Of a DNA stretch of 64,000 nucleotides, positions 39,770 through 52,957 are shown piece by piece. This stretch comes from Ginglymostoma cirratum (lineage: Eukaryota). Under the pieces are notes generated by a model, which did not search any database, was not told the DNA's origin, and was given only the letters and a program-made list of their open reading frames with translations. The position numbers and the translations under genes were made by a program. The number at the start of each line of letters is the position of its first letter. Position 1 is the stretch's first letter. Where the stretch lies: the NCBI GenBank assembly GCA_024137785.1, contig JAHRHZ010000264.1:28295907-28359906 (forward strand), in the 5' to 3' direction.

Positions 39770-40290
39770 AGAATATCCTTTATTGTCACTTGTACTACAA
39801 TATAGAAGGACAGGAGTACAGTGAAAAGTTTTTACAATAGCTGCCTTTTAATGGCGCCATCTTAGGGACAAGTACCTAGGTACAAATCTTACAGAGTAAA
39901 CAAAAGTGGTCCTACACAAAGAGGATTAAAGGAAAGCATAGCATTAGTTACAGAGGTAGTTACAACAGAGTGAAAAGGTTTTAAATTACAGTCCAATAAC
40001 AGCAGCTCAGCATGTGGCACCAAGCCCATGTCCAGCAATTCTCCCGCATCGCTCCAGCCTCCAGTCTGTTCTTCACCAGCACTCAGCAGCAACCAGGTAA
40101 GTCAACACTGTACCGGAATTCGTAACTTGGCCCCTCCATCACTCCAGGACTCTGCCCCACCATTGCTCTGGGGACACAACTTTTCCAATACTTGGGGGTT
40201 TTTGTCCCCTCTGTCGCTCCGGTACACGGCCCCGTCGCTCCAGGGATGCAGCCTCTCCGATGCTCCAGGATACAGCCCTCTGTCACCAGA
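39770..40290 (-). mobile_element. Second non-autonomous element with Rex1-like tail, inserted in a plus-strand CR1 (38330-40820)
   Basis: Minus strand aacttttcactgtactc...tacaagtgacaataaa; about 22-bp degenerate tandem repeats at 40210-40290. Confidence 0.55.
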
Positions 40291-43087
40291 ATACACAGAA
40301 TAGATGCATTTCAGTAAGTAAAAAACATTCCACAGGATGGACCCACCATCTATGATTAACTAGAAATGTAAAATGTTATAGCAAACATTTGACCAAAAGA
40401 AAAAAAACATTTAATTGTGCAAAGGCAGGTCTCAGGTCAGAAGACTAGACAGCATAAGGAAGGAGCAAAAAATTAGACCACATGATAAAGCTATCCAACA
40501 ATATAAAAATGGAAAGGAAAAGTTTTCATAATTCAAAGAAAACTGTTAACAGCGTAAGCATTGATCCCACTAAAAGTCAGATGGGAGAATTAACAACAGA
40601 AAATAAGGAAATAGAAAATTAATTGAACATGTATTTGCATGTCTTCATTGTAGAGGATACAAGTAGCATCGGGGAAGCAAGGATAAATTAGGGAAAGGAA
40701 GGGGGTGAGAAACTCAGGATAATTACAATCACCAGAGAAGTGTTACTGAGTAAAATGTTAGATCTCCAGACTAACAATTTCCCAGGTCCTGATGTGCTTC
40801 ATCTTAAGACCTTAAAAGGTAACATATGACAGATGATGAAGACATCGTTTCCACTTCCCACAGCACCTTTATAAGTTTTACAATTTGTAGCTCACTTATA
40901 GCCATCATTTACCTGTTATTATGTCATTGCTGCTATTTCTACATAATTTGAGATACCAATGTTCTTTTTGTGAGAACCAATGGCGTGGTGCAAATTGTCT
41001 TTGAACAGCATTGAACCCTAAGCATGTTCATTCTCTTGTGCATTTCAAACGCACAAAGAAATAATTGCAATTTAAATGTGACTGGAGTTTGCAAATGCAT
41101 CCTTCATGTATTTTCTGCTTCAATGTCCGAGCGTTCAGCAAATTTGGAACCTTCACCATACTCCTACCAAACTGACACCTACTCCACTCACCATGGGTAT
41201 GTTCCAGTCTTTTACCAGTTGGCTATTTCGCAATTAGAGAACAGGTAGTGATGACAGTGAATGCAGCTCACACTATACACCTTGCTTCACTGTTCCTTAA
41301 GCTGTTATGTAGAATGGAGGAGCAGAGCCAGCGATTTTGGAGAAGTGGAGTTTTCATCTCTGATGTGTTGCAGTCTTTGGTGGTAACAGGTTTTGTCCTT
41401 CCTTTGGGCTGATTTAGGCAAATTCCTGGTTTTCTCCCAAGAAGATGATGGCTCATTTCCTTGAATCCTCTCTTTCTGTCCCTCTCCCCAGCTAGCCCTG
41501 TTGACATACATTATTTTGGGGATTGGCCATCTGTGCTGTGTCAATCACCTGTCTAAATCGTCTTGGCCAGTGAGCACGAACAGCTACTTATGATGCCAGG
41601 TTGACCAATGTCTCCTTGCCCACCTTCATTTAGGGTTAGTTTTCATTCCTTTTAAGATCAAAAACTTCTTCTTTTTCAAAACACTGCACTGATAATAGGG
41701 TAGTGTGGCACCTGATAAATCTTTGACCTAAGTTATGACCTCGGTGATTCTTATAACCTTTCCTTTGTTTTCATACGCAGGAGACCTGTTTATATTTGCA
41801 GAAGGCCACTTACTCAGGCTATGCAGAAAATTCTCAATATAAAACACTGAAAGAATTTCAGTTGTAATGAGGACCCGAATTTCCAACAAACTGAATGTGT
41901 GTTTGGAGAGCAAGTGAGCATCTTAAAGTACAACCTGACCAAATGCATGATGCCTTTCCCATCCTTGCAGCAACTGTTCAAGACTAGTTGCCAGTGCACC
42001 TTGCACTGAAGGTCTGTACTGTCAAAGCATTCTGCAAGTGGGTCGGCGAGGTGCAATGATGATCTGGCTGGTTGCCAATTTCTGTTGACGAGAGGCTTAT
42101 GCAGCTGGTGCCCATGGATTATACCCTGAGACGTTGTTGCATGGTGTCCATGGAGGAGGCTTGTCATAGCCAGCAGTGAGCTAAAGTTGCCAGATGCCCG
42201 CTCTGACTTCCACCTCAAGAATTCTGTCTGTCTAGTTTGCTCGGGGTGGGTGGTAGGATGCGAAGCTGCATATTAATGAAGAAAAATGTGCAACTGGTAA
42301 GGTTTTTAACAGGCAATAATTTGCCTTAATAGGCAACTTGCCACTACCTAGCAAGAATTTTACTCAGCATCCTTGGAGAAGCTGCCTGTCTTTTACTGGG
42401 ATCTGATTACGGTCTGGAAAATATTTCTTTCTAGCTGGAGCTGCCCCCCTGTTGGTTTTGGTGACCAACTTTCAGGAGCAAAGGTATATAAGAGTGTACA
42501 CCTCAATCGGGTTGATTTTGGCAAGGTGACAAAAGGTTGGTAGAGAGGAGGACCAGGTAACCAGAGCTTTGGGATATTTTGGACAGCAGAGAAGCAGTAT
42601 GGATGCTCCCAGAGCCATCAGCAGAAAATGTGCTGGTTCTTTGTCCAGCATGTGAGCAACACCATCCAGGAAGCATAGGTTGATCTCTGTCCTGAGTCCA
42701 CCTAGATGTGCTGAGGACCAAGGTGACCCTATTTGATCAGAAGTCACTGCAAACAGAATTTCCCACTGGTTCAGAGGTCTTGAAGTATTATTTGGTGTCT
42801 CTGCTTCTCTTAGAAATTCCCTCAATGCATTTGACTCTGTTCAGAGGGGTACTAAATAAAAACTGGAAGAACTGCGGATGGTTTAAATCAGGAACAAAAA
42901 CAGAAGTTGCTGGAAGCTCAGCATGTCTGGCAGCATTTGTGAAGAAAACAGTGAGTTCTGAGGAAGGGTCACCGGACTCAAAACGTTAACTCTGTTTTCT
43001 GTCTGGACACATGCATTTTCAATCAAAGGTTTTATGTGTGGGAATCCTTCCATGTATTTTCAGGGATTTGGCGTGAAGAGTGTTGCA

Positions 43088-43395
43088 AGGTGTTTAGCAC
43101 TGCTGCCTTACAGAGCCAGGGACCCAGGTTCAATTCCAGCCTTGGGAACTGTCTGTTTGGAGTTTTCACGTTCTCCCCGTGTCTGCGTGGGTTTCCTCCG
43201 GGTGCTCCAGTTTCCTCCCACATTCCAAAGATGTGCAGGCCGGATGGATTGACCAAGCTAAGTTGTCCATAGTGTTCAGGGATGTGTAGATCAGGTAGGT
43301 TATAGGGGAATGGGTCTGGGTGGGATGTTGTGAGGGTCTGGGTGGACTTGTTGGGCTGAAGGACCTGTTTCCACACTGTAGGCATTCTAAATCTA
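43088..43395 (+). mobile_element. HE1-type tRNA-derived V-SINE
   Basis: tRNA-like head (ttagcactgctgcc..ggttcaattcc), V-domain gggtttcctccgggtgctccagtttcctcccaca, CR1-like tail cctgtttccacactgtag. Confidence 0.9.
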
Positions 43396-43721
43396 AAAGG
43401 TGCAGTGCTAATAAATCTTGTGTATGTAATTTCACAAGCACCCAGGCTGTTTTTAATCACTTACGGTCTGGATGAATCCACATTCCACATATACACAGAG
43501 TGTGATAGATTGTAGTTCCTCATGTTTTTGGCTACCCTTCCATTCCCATGCTCTTGACCTGTCATGGGCATTTGGAGCAGGTGGAGGAAACTCCTTAAGA
43601 TTTTGTTCCTCGTTGTAGTCAAAGATTTTAATTCATGAATCAAAGTTGAACCCAGCCCATGGGAGTGGTTAATTGTCTTTCTTCCTTTTATCTCTGGTTT
43701 TGTGACATGAAGGTCACCACA

Positions 43722-44058
43722 GGGGTGGCACCATGGTTAGCACGGCTGCCTCACAGCACCAGGGACCCACATTCGATCAATCACTTGGGTAACTGTCTGT
43801 GTGGAGTTTGCACATTCTCCCTGTCTGTGTGGGTTTCTGCCAGGTGTTCTGGTTTCCTCCCACAGTATGAAAATGTGTAACTTAAGTGGATTGGCCATGC
43901 TAAGTTGTCCAAGTGTCCAGGGATGTGCAGGTTAGATGGATTAGCCATGGGGAATGCAGGTATAGGGTAGGAAGGTGGGTCTGGATGGATGCTCTTGGTG
44001 GGTTCATGTGGACTTGATGAGCTGAATGGCCTGCTTCCATACGGTAGTGATTCTATGA
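43722..44058 (+). mobile_element. HE1-type V-SINE, second copy
   Basis: Same head, V-domain and tail, more diverged; partial copies at 35320-35490 (+) and 52580-52840 (-). Confidence 0.85.
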
Positions 44059-45949
44059 ATAATTATGAGAACCAAGATCACACATGCTTTGTGAACTCTC
44101 TTACAATCTTCACAAATCTGTGCACATGAACCACCAGGACCCTCTGTTCCTGCATATTCTGTAGAACTGTATCATTAACTTTTTATTGCTTCTCTCTATC
44201 ACTTCTGCCAAAATGCATCACCTCACTCTTCTCTGGACAGACTATCGGCGGATGAATTTTGTCTCATCTGTTCACCTACGTCTTGATGTGGCTGATTTGC
44301 ATCATCCTCCCTGCTTGCCACAACCACAAATTTGGCGAACTATGGAATTTTATACCGGATTCCAATATACAAGTATGGAAAACTATTTACCACAACTCTT
44401 ATTTGTCTTGTCCAAATATTTGTCTTCCATTAAATCATATTTTTAAAACAGAAAATGGAGGATATATGTGGAAATTTGAATCATTACAGGCATGAACATA
44501 TGATTCATCTGCAGAAAGTTTCCATGCAATTAACACTGAGGGCCTCAGTCATGCTGAATTTTCTTCCACTCTTGCTTGGCTTGTCTCCAATTTTCTTACT
44601 TTGTCCTCCTGCCCAGTCAAGTATACTTCAGTGTAAAGCTGGATGGATCAATTTGCAGTATTAACTAGTCTGAGCATTAATTTTGTGCCAAAGAAACTCT
44701 GCATTCTTTTAAGGGGCTATCACTAGTTATTGTTGTTCAATTAGTTAATTTGTTTTGATTGATCATTCAAGATAGTATACTTTTGGAAACATTCACAGTC
44801 TCTCCCTCCCTTGGTAGCTAATCTTTAATGTTAGGAGAGTTTTAAAAGGAAATGCCCTTTTTTACACTAAATGGTTTTCCCTAGTGGAAATATTATCACC
44901 ATAATTGTGATCCCTAAAGGAAAAAAAGAAATCGTTCAAATAGCATGGTGATATTTCATGACATCAGGATGAGAAATAAATATTAGCCTGGACCACAGGT
45001 AAAACACCTCTTCTCTTCTTCAACAGCATTCTTGAAATCTTAAACCTTCATCTGAGGCAGTAAAAACGGACCAAGGTCTCAATTTCCCACCTACAGGTCT
45101 GGACGTCTGACAGTGCAGCAATCCATTAATTGTACACTTAAGTGTCAATCTACATCTATCTAATCATTTCACAAGTGCACCATAATTTGCTTTCATTATT
45201 TTGCTCAGAAATCTATTCAAAACATTTGCATCTTTTATTCACAAAGGGTGGGGATTCTGGACAGATGGATCCCTTCTCCCCCGACAACCTGTTGGGTTTT
45301 GTTGATTTGTACTGATTGGGAATATTTAGCAATAGAACACACTAAGTATGCTAGCATCTATCCACTTCATCCATTGGTATTTCACCACCATGGTGCCTTC
45401 TGTGGCACAGTGGTAGTGTCCCTACCCCTCCAAGGCCTAGGTTCAAGACCCACCTGCTCCAGAGGTGTATAATAACATCTCTGAACAGATTGATTAGGAA
45501 ACTAGGTTCAATGCCATTCACTGGAAAACGTGTGCTTATTTTCCTATCTTATTTGCAGGATCACATTTAATCTAACTCCCTTTTAATCTGCCCAGATAAC
45601 TGCATTGTCTAAATCACTAACTTTTGAGCTATGGCTGTTGTGTTTTCGTGCTCGGCAATTTCAACAAACTTGACTCCTTTGCACTTAATTTTTGAGTCTA
45701 CCATTTATTAACGCAGGAAGAGTGGTGATATCGGATCTGGGTTCTGTGGGGCCCAGTCTGTACTCTTGCCCTCTGCAGAACACCATCCATCCCAGTCCCC
45801 AAACACAACCCAATCCAACTCCCCCCTCTCCCCTCCCCTTCTAAAGTATATGTCACTTTTGTGCATTCAACCGGTTTCTGATCTATTCCCAGGTGTTTCA
45901 TGTAGGAGTTTTACTAGGTTGTAAGTACACCTGAGCAGAAATGTTTTTC

Positions 45950-46289
45950 TCCCTTCTCTAGCCAACCGGAGGATGACGCAGGCACCAAGTAGGAAGGGGG
46001 GGGGGGAACAAAACAAATAACTAGACAAAAGAAACTTATTCAAAAACAGCTTCCAGTCTGTCTTTATTATGTAAGTGGAAAGGGAGTACAATTGGATATC
46101 TGTTGAGATGCATGCGTTTGAGAGCGAATGGTGAAGTTTGGAGATAACCCCTTGTCGTGCAACACCGGCGAATGCACTGGGGAGCCGCTGTGGTACAAAT
46201 ACAGGGCAGTCCAGCAGGAGCTGACACTGCGCTCACAAGCTCATTCTTAAACTGAACCTGTTGGGGAGCTGTCAGTAATCCGGACGAAC
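45950..46289 (+). promoter_or_regulatory. Putative promoter/5'UTR of the anoctamin gene
   Basis: Repeat-free, modestly CpG-enriched sequence upstream of the ATG; CRE-like TGACGCA near 45975. Confidence 0.35.
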
Positions 46290-46568
46290 ATGACGGAAAA
46301 TATCCCAGTTATCGACTATGTGTTACTCTATGAATGTGAGGACGGATGCAGTGATCCTTATGCTAAACAGAGGAAGGAATTTCTGAGAGCGGTGCAGAAC
46401 ACCGGGCTGCATTTAGAGTTCAATATATCCAGGGACGAGTGGGAGAAAGAAGCGCAGACTGGGCGGAAAATAGCCAGAGACAAGTATCGAATTGTTAAAA
46501 TCTATGCTCCGTTTGAGCTCTTAAGCCAAACAGCTGAGAGGATGAGATTGAAGATGCCTTTGGCAGGG
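46290..46568 (+). CDS. Anoctamin/TMEM16-family protein, coding exon 1 (93 aa)
   Basis: aacATGA start with upstream in-frame TAA (46248-46250); IDYVLLY and VKIYAPFELLSQTAERMRLKMPL are anoctamin N-terminal motifs; donor GTAAAG, phase 0. Confidence 0.88.
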
Positions 46569-46762
46569 GTAAAGTTACACTGACTTTTTTTTAATTTCGT
46601 GAAATATTTGCTGCAGTAGACAAGAAGTATTCAATGTAAACCTGTCTCCAGATTTAAATTATTTTTAATTGCTAGGACCGTGCTCTGGTTTTTGCAATTC
46701 CCGCTCGTTAGAAACGTGCCCTTCTGTGCTCTTGTTGAACAAATATATAAAGCTTGAGGCTG

Positions 46763-46840
46763 TATCGGAGATAACAGGAACTGCAGATGCTGGAGAATCC
46801 GAGGTAACAAGGTGTAGAGCTGGATGCACACCTTGTTATC
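46763..46840. mobile_element. Very short PLE family B fold-back insertion
   Basis: taacaaggtgt...acaccttgtta inverted arms; TSD aaagcttgaggctg (46749-46762, 46841-46854). Confidence 0.75.
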
Positions 46841-48829
46841 AAAGCTTGAGGCTGAGCTGCTGCTAAATTGCAAAGCTTTTAATTCAAGTATTCTTCATCA
46901 TTTGGGGTTTGTTACATATTTCGCCCCGTTTTAACTGAGTTAAAACCAGTCTCGTGGAGATAGTCAAATGTAAATTAGTGACCAATTATATTGCATGGAA
47001 CAAAAGCTACAATTCAGAATTATTCCGCGGATCAGGCAGCATCTGTGGGGAGAGAAACAAAGTTAACATTTCAAGTCGGCGACCTCTTGACCTTTTTTGA
47101 TCATTTCTCATCAGTTATGGTTAATCTGAAGCTACAGTCCTGTTTCAGTCTCCAGTACTGCCTGACCCTGTTTTGTAAGAGGTTCTGCTTTTATCATCGA
47201 TATTGACATGCTGTTTTATTACCTTTCGACACACTAAATAACCCAACTTTTCAGTTGGGAATGTTCCTTCAACGTGGAAGCATCCGATTAGGGAATTGAC
47301 TGACTGAAATAATTTTGAATGTATACTGAAATGGAATCCCAGTGTTACCGATGTAAATATGACAAAAAGAGAGTTGCGTTGATATAATGTGCTGTGCTTT
47401 TAATTAATGCCTCAAAGCCCTTCACAGGCAATTAAGTACTTTTTAAGTGTACTTAAGTTGTAATGTTGAGAATGAAACAACTATTTGTTTACAACAAACT
47501 CCCACACAATTGATGATGGGTTGTTGGACTCCATGTCTGCTTTCTTCCCACAAGCCACCAGGCATGTTGAGTTTCTCCAGTAATTTCTGTTTCTGACCTA
47601 CATATCTGTTTTGTGATTTTTAAAAAGAGAAATATCGCCCAACCCGAGGGAGAATTCTCCCATCTTCAAAATAGTGCTATGAGATCATTGTGCCCACTTA
47701 AGCAAATGGTATCTTGTTTTTGGCTGCCATGTCTAAACGAGAGCATTTTTCAATGATGGCACTTTCTCAGAAATGCACAGTTGAGTCAAACTTGATTTTT
47801 GCATCAGGGCCCTGATGAAAGGCTTGAAGTTTGGAACTTTAATTTGGAGGAAAGAACCAACTGAGGCCTTGTGCTACAAGTGAAATGAAAATTCTCTTTG
47901 ATTTACTACTTTTACTGCAAACCTTCTGGTCAAATAGATATTCAACTTATTTATCATGCAAGACACTTTTAGGATGAATTTTGCATCGAGTGGCTCTTCA
48001 TTGAACTCCTGGATGTGGCAAGGTATGCATCTTATTCTGCAATAGTTAGTGGTGCAAAATAGATGAAGCTACCTGTCTCATCAAAAGAAAATTGGTTTGC
48101 TTTAACAACAAAAAGCACTGAGTAAACTGGCACAAGGTACAATTTCTGAAATGTTTCCTGAGAAAATAGACAATTAAGTCTGAGTAAAAATAAACTTTCA
48201 AAATTAAAGTGCTCTAATTACTAAATCGCAACACAGCCTGGGAGAGGGATTAACCACTTCAGCATTCTGATCTCTTGTGGCTAGAGGTGTTTCAGTAATC
48301 TAGTGACCCTGATCTATAACTTGGCAGCCCACCAACTCTCTTCGGTTGCAGACATGCTTGGATTTAGTTTTTTATAAAAGAAAGGATTATTTGATCAATT
48401 GTTTGTGCCAGCCCTAAGTGTGTCATTCAGGAGGCTGTCTAAAGTGCAGGTTTTGCATCTATTGAACCTTCAATCTGCTCGAAGCAATGTCTTGTTTTGA
48501 GAAGAGCTGGTTTGGCAGCAGACTATGTATGTTTGATTGCGAACAAAAGAATGTTAAAGTGCTCGGAATTAGCTACATTGCTATGCTTTCTTCCTCTGTA
48601 GCTCTGTATTTTCTACTGTTTAGAAGTATCTTTAAAAGTAACAGTATTCTTTGCCTCAACTACTTCCTGTGCCAAACTACTCCCACGCACCCACCCCCCT
48701 CCCGCCCCATGTGGGAACCTTGTGAAATCGTTATAAATTCATCACATGAGGATATTCCTGAACACTTTTTTTTTTGTTTGCAAAAATTCTCAATTTCAGT
48801 TATGGTCTCCTCACTATGGGAAATATGAT

Positions 48830-49330
48830 GTTAAGCTTAAAAGGGTTCAGAAAAGATTTACAAAGATGTTGCCAGGCTTGGAGTGTTTGAGACTCAGACT
48901 ATTCAGCCTCTCCCCATAGCTATTTCCTCCCTCCATGTCAGAGGCTGAGGTGTGACCTTTTTTATAGAAGCTAATAAAATCATGAGGGGCATGGATAGGG
49001 TGAACAGCCAAGGCCTTTTCCCTAGGGTAGGGGAGGCCAAAACTAGAGGGTATAGGTTTACGGTGAGAGGAGAAAGATTTAAAAGGGACCTGAGGGGCTG
49101 TCTCTTTCTTGCAGAGGGTGGTGTGTTCATATGGAATGAGCTGCCAGAGGAAGTGGTGGAGGCAGGTACAATTCAACACTTTAAAAGGCTTTTGGATGGG
49201 TATGTGAACAGGAAGGGTTTAGAGAGATATGGGTCAGATGCTGGAAAATGGGACTAGATTAATTTAGTATCTGGTCAGCATGAACAAGTTGGACCGAAGG
49301 GTCTGTTTCTGTGCTATACAACTCTTGACT
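48830..49330 (+). mobile_element. CR1/HER1 3' end
   Basis: KIMRGMDRVNSQGLFPRVGEAKTRGYRF.VRGERFKRDLRG..WNELPEEVVEAGTI; tail ggaccgaagggtctgtttc. Confidence 0.9.
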
Positions 49331-50352
49331 CTAAATAATCCACCCGCATTTTGGTCCAAGTGCAACAAATTTTTTAAACCTTATCTTAGTTTCCTGTTGA
49401 CTGTTCATGAATTTAGTAATTTTAGACACATTCAGTTTATGAAAAACAATGGGAGTAAACATTTTCTTAAGTTTATTGGGGAAATTGTAGGTGGTGTGCC
49501 TGTATATCTGTTGTCTTTTGTCCTTGAAATGGCTTTGGGTTTGGAAGGTGCTGTCTAAGGAGCTTTGAATTTCTGCAGTGCATCTTTTGTAGATGGTATA
49601 CATGGCTGGTACTGGGTGCCTGTGGTGCAGGGAGTGAATGTGGTGCCTATCAAGTGGACCGCTTTTGTTCTGGGTGGTGTCAAGTTTCTTGTGGTGTTGG
49701 AACTGCATCATGCACACATCCAAGCAAGTGGGGAGTACTCGATTGCACTGCTGACTTGTGCCTTGTGGATGGCCAACAGGACTTGGAGAGTCGGAAGGTG
49801 AGTTACTTACTGCAGTATTCCTTGCCTAGGACCTGCTTGACGTCTGTTAAGCTGCCCATGGATTTTAACATGGAAGGAAATATGCCTCCTTGGATTCTGT
49901 AATGGATAGGTCTGAGTAATTTTCCTCCACATCTCCCAAGACAAGGAATGGCCCCACCTCTCCATTTTCATGCTTGATATGGGCTTGGGGATTGGACTCG
50001 CTGTTTTTCTGAATCGTATCTTCTGCATAATGGGTCATACATCTTCTTTAAGACTTTAGCAACAAATTCTGGTCAGAATTATGTGGACTTCTGTGGAAAT
50101 CAAGAGGAAGTGAACTGCTTGGGAAAGGTCTGTCAGTCTGTCTTGAATTCTTGGTAAAGTAGATTTTTGTGCTACTTTTTTTTTTGTTTCTAAGTGAAAC
50201 AAAAGTAGTGCAGAATCTACTTCTTTTTAGTGTCTCAAAAGACAATGACCACAGTCTCTTTTGCTCCTCTTTATAAAAACTGCCAAAGGATATACCTCTC
50301 AGATTGCCAATCCTGATATAGCTAATGGGTAATTGTTCTGTTTTGTTCCAAG

Positions 50353-50520
50353 GGTGTCGATGTGAAATTGCCTGGGCGCTTTCAGAGGTTCATGGCTCGT
50401 TTTGCAACTGAGGTCGTAGTCAACTTTATCAGTGCACACTATGAACACAACAAAAGGCATCTGTTCCGAGGATTTGAAAATGAGGAAACATTTTTTCGCC
50501 CTGCCCTGAGATCTCTAATT
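50353..50520 (+). CDS. Anoctamin-family exon 2 (168 bp)
   Basis: AAG|GVDVKLPGRFQRFMARFATEVVVNFISAHYEHNKRHLFRGFENEETFFRPALRSLI|GTAAAT; TFF-x3-RS-x-I motif. Confidence 0.88.
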
Positions 50521-51421
50521 GTAAATGCAGAATTCTGTTATGATACATTCTTAATTTTTAGGATTACCTTTCGGAATAGTTATGTTGTCTATTTAATCTT
50601 AATCTTCTACCAAATGTATGCTGTATTAATCAAACCACAAATGCAATGAACATCTCTCAAACCAGACAGTCCCCATTAATTGGAGTGATGGATATAACTT
50701 CAAATTGGCCAGAGAGGCAATTTGGAGTATCCAAATACTAATACTTGGGTTTGCAGATCTGACTATTCATTCAAAACTGTTAACATTTATATTTGTGTAA
50801 CAAATTTGTTAGTTGTTTTGAACAAAACAACTATGAATCAAACCATTTTGTTAAACTCATTTGCCACATAAAAATAAGAAAACATTAGTGTCTTGTAGAT
50901 TTGGTTGGGGGGGGGGGGTGTAACGAAAGCATGGGCTTTCGGTCCTTTTAATAACCCTATGTAGCATACGTTTGGACAGTCTGTCTCTACAGCTCAAAAC
51001 TACACAGGATTCAGATTGTTCATTCAAATTACAACACGGGCTTTTTAACAAGCTGTGATATGGAGTACAAATGAATTTAAATTTGAAGTGTGAACCTTGG
51101 GATGTGGCAAAGAGAGCAGTGGAAACATTTGAGGCACAAGGTGGCAAAGGTGTGAGTGAGCATTCTGTAGTAATGGTACTAAGATTAGGAATAGATTCAC
51201 TTTATAATGTTGTGGAAATAACAACATTAGTTTTGTGTATACTTTCCACAAGAATTTGTTTGTGCATGTGTATATTGCTGTATTACCACTTAGCTGTAAT
51301 CCATTGCCATAGATCCCTTACAAGATTGGTGTTAAATGAAACAAATTTTCAGATAGAAAGTAACATAAAGGAGGATGTTCTAAAGTAACTCTTATTCTGT
51401 TTTTATTTTTTTGTTTTGAAG

Positions 51422-51476
51422 GTTCATTACATCCTCACAAACATAGCTATAGACGTTAAGACTGCTGATACAGAAG
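51422..51476 (+). CDS. Anoctamin-family exon 3 (55 bp)
   Basis: Strong T-tract, AAG|VHYILTNIAIDVKTADTE-|GTAACT; completes the RSLIVHYIL motif; phase 0/1. Confidence 0.85.
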
Positions 51477-52957
51477 GTAACTTTTTTAGCTTTGGCAAAC
51501 GGTTGTTACCTGTGTTCTTTAAATCTTTGTTTAGAACAGAAAGTGTCATAAATATAATTTGAAAAACTTAGCCCCTTGACTTTTGTGCCATAATTATGGT
51601 TATAATCTAAACCTTTTAGAGATGGCTAACACTTCATTAAGAATGAGGAAATGTTTGTGAAACTCATGTCAGTGATTGCACATAATCAGCACTCTTGGCT
51701 CTGAACTGAAATGGGTTGAATTTCTGTTGCAGCAACAGCTGTGTTTCAGGATTGCTTAGTTCAATGAGTACAACCTGTTCATTATTAATAGCTGCAGGGA
51801 TGTGCTACATCAGTAGGTCAGTCATGTTTTTGGGCCCTTTTTCCTGATTAGGTGTGTAGGTAGTCTATATGTTGTCATTGTTGAATTATCGGTATAGTTA
51901 GCAAAGTTTTATTTAGAAGTGTTTCAGCATAGGAGGTCATCATCAAATTTATGTAATGCTGGCTGTTGATGATTTGTTCTACCTCCCACACCTTTTTCTT
52001 GTCCCTGCAATATTTGCTAAATGCCCTTTTAAAGCTACCTTTTTAAAATCAATTTTCTTTGCTTTTTGGGTAGTGAATTCCAAATCCTAATGACTTATCA
52101 CATGAAGGGTTTTTTCTTCCATCAGTATTGATTATCAATTGCCTTGAATCAGTGACCCTGGTTGCTTATGGGCCAACAGTATTGGAAACATTGTCTTTAT
52201 TCTGTAGAGACCCTTCATGATTTGGAACATCTATTAAATCTCTTTTCCTTTCTCGAAAGGAAACTGAAAGCAATTCCCATGTTGTTTGCACAATGTTTCA
52301 TTTGGTGTAGCTATTCCACAGTGCTGTGGGAAGTGGAGTTCTGACTTTCTGATCCAGCAGCAGGTTTTTTTAAATAGTGATTTATGGTTCCAAGTCAGGG
52401 TCCTGTTCCTCTGAGGCACTTGCCGGTCAGGTGATTGGGTTCCCAAGCAGTATCCCAGAATGGCTTACTACTTCAGTCTTTATTTATCCATGTGGAGCTC
52501 CATTGTTGTATTAGGTGTTTGGTCAACTCTATTTTGATGGACAAAATGGACACCACCCAGAATACTTTTCCATAAGGGATGGAGTCTCCACAATGTGGAA
52601 ACAGCCTGTTCAGCTCAACGAGCCCACACTGAGCGTCAGAGCATTCAAGCTAGATCCATCTCTCCTCTTCCGCCTCCATCTCTATAGCCCTGCACTTCGT
52701 GTGGTTGGTGCACCTAACCTACACATCCCTGAAAACTATGGGTAATTTAACATGGCCAATTGGAAGTAAACCCACATAAATAGTTACCTAAAAGTGGAAC
52801 TGAACCCATGTCCCTGGTGCTGTGAGGCAGCAGTGTTAACTGCTGAGCTGCAACATCATTCTTTTCTTCCACGTTTTCATTGAGGTATAGGAAAAGTATA
52901 TTAATTTTGAACCTTCATCCTCTCTGTCCAATTCAAATAAGATTATTGTGGTTACTT

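Noticed and set aside
42350-42760. Possible L1/Tx1 RT remnant
   Set aside because: Similarity is too faint to support without a search
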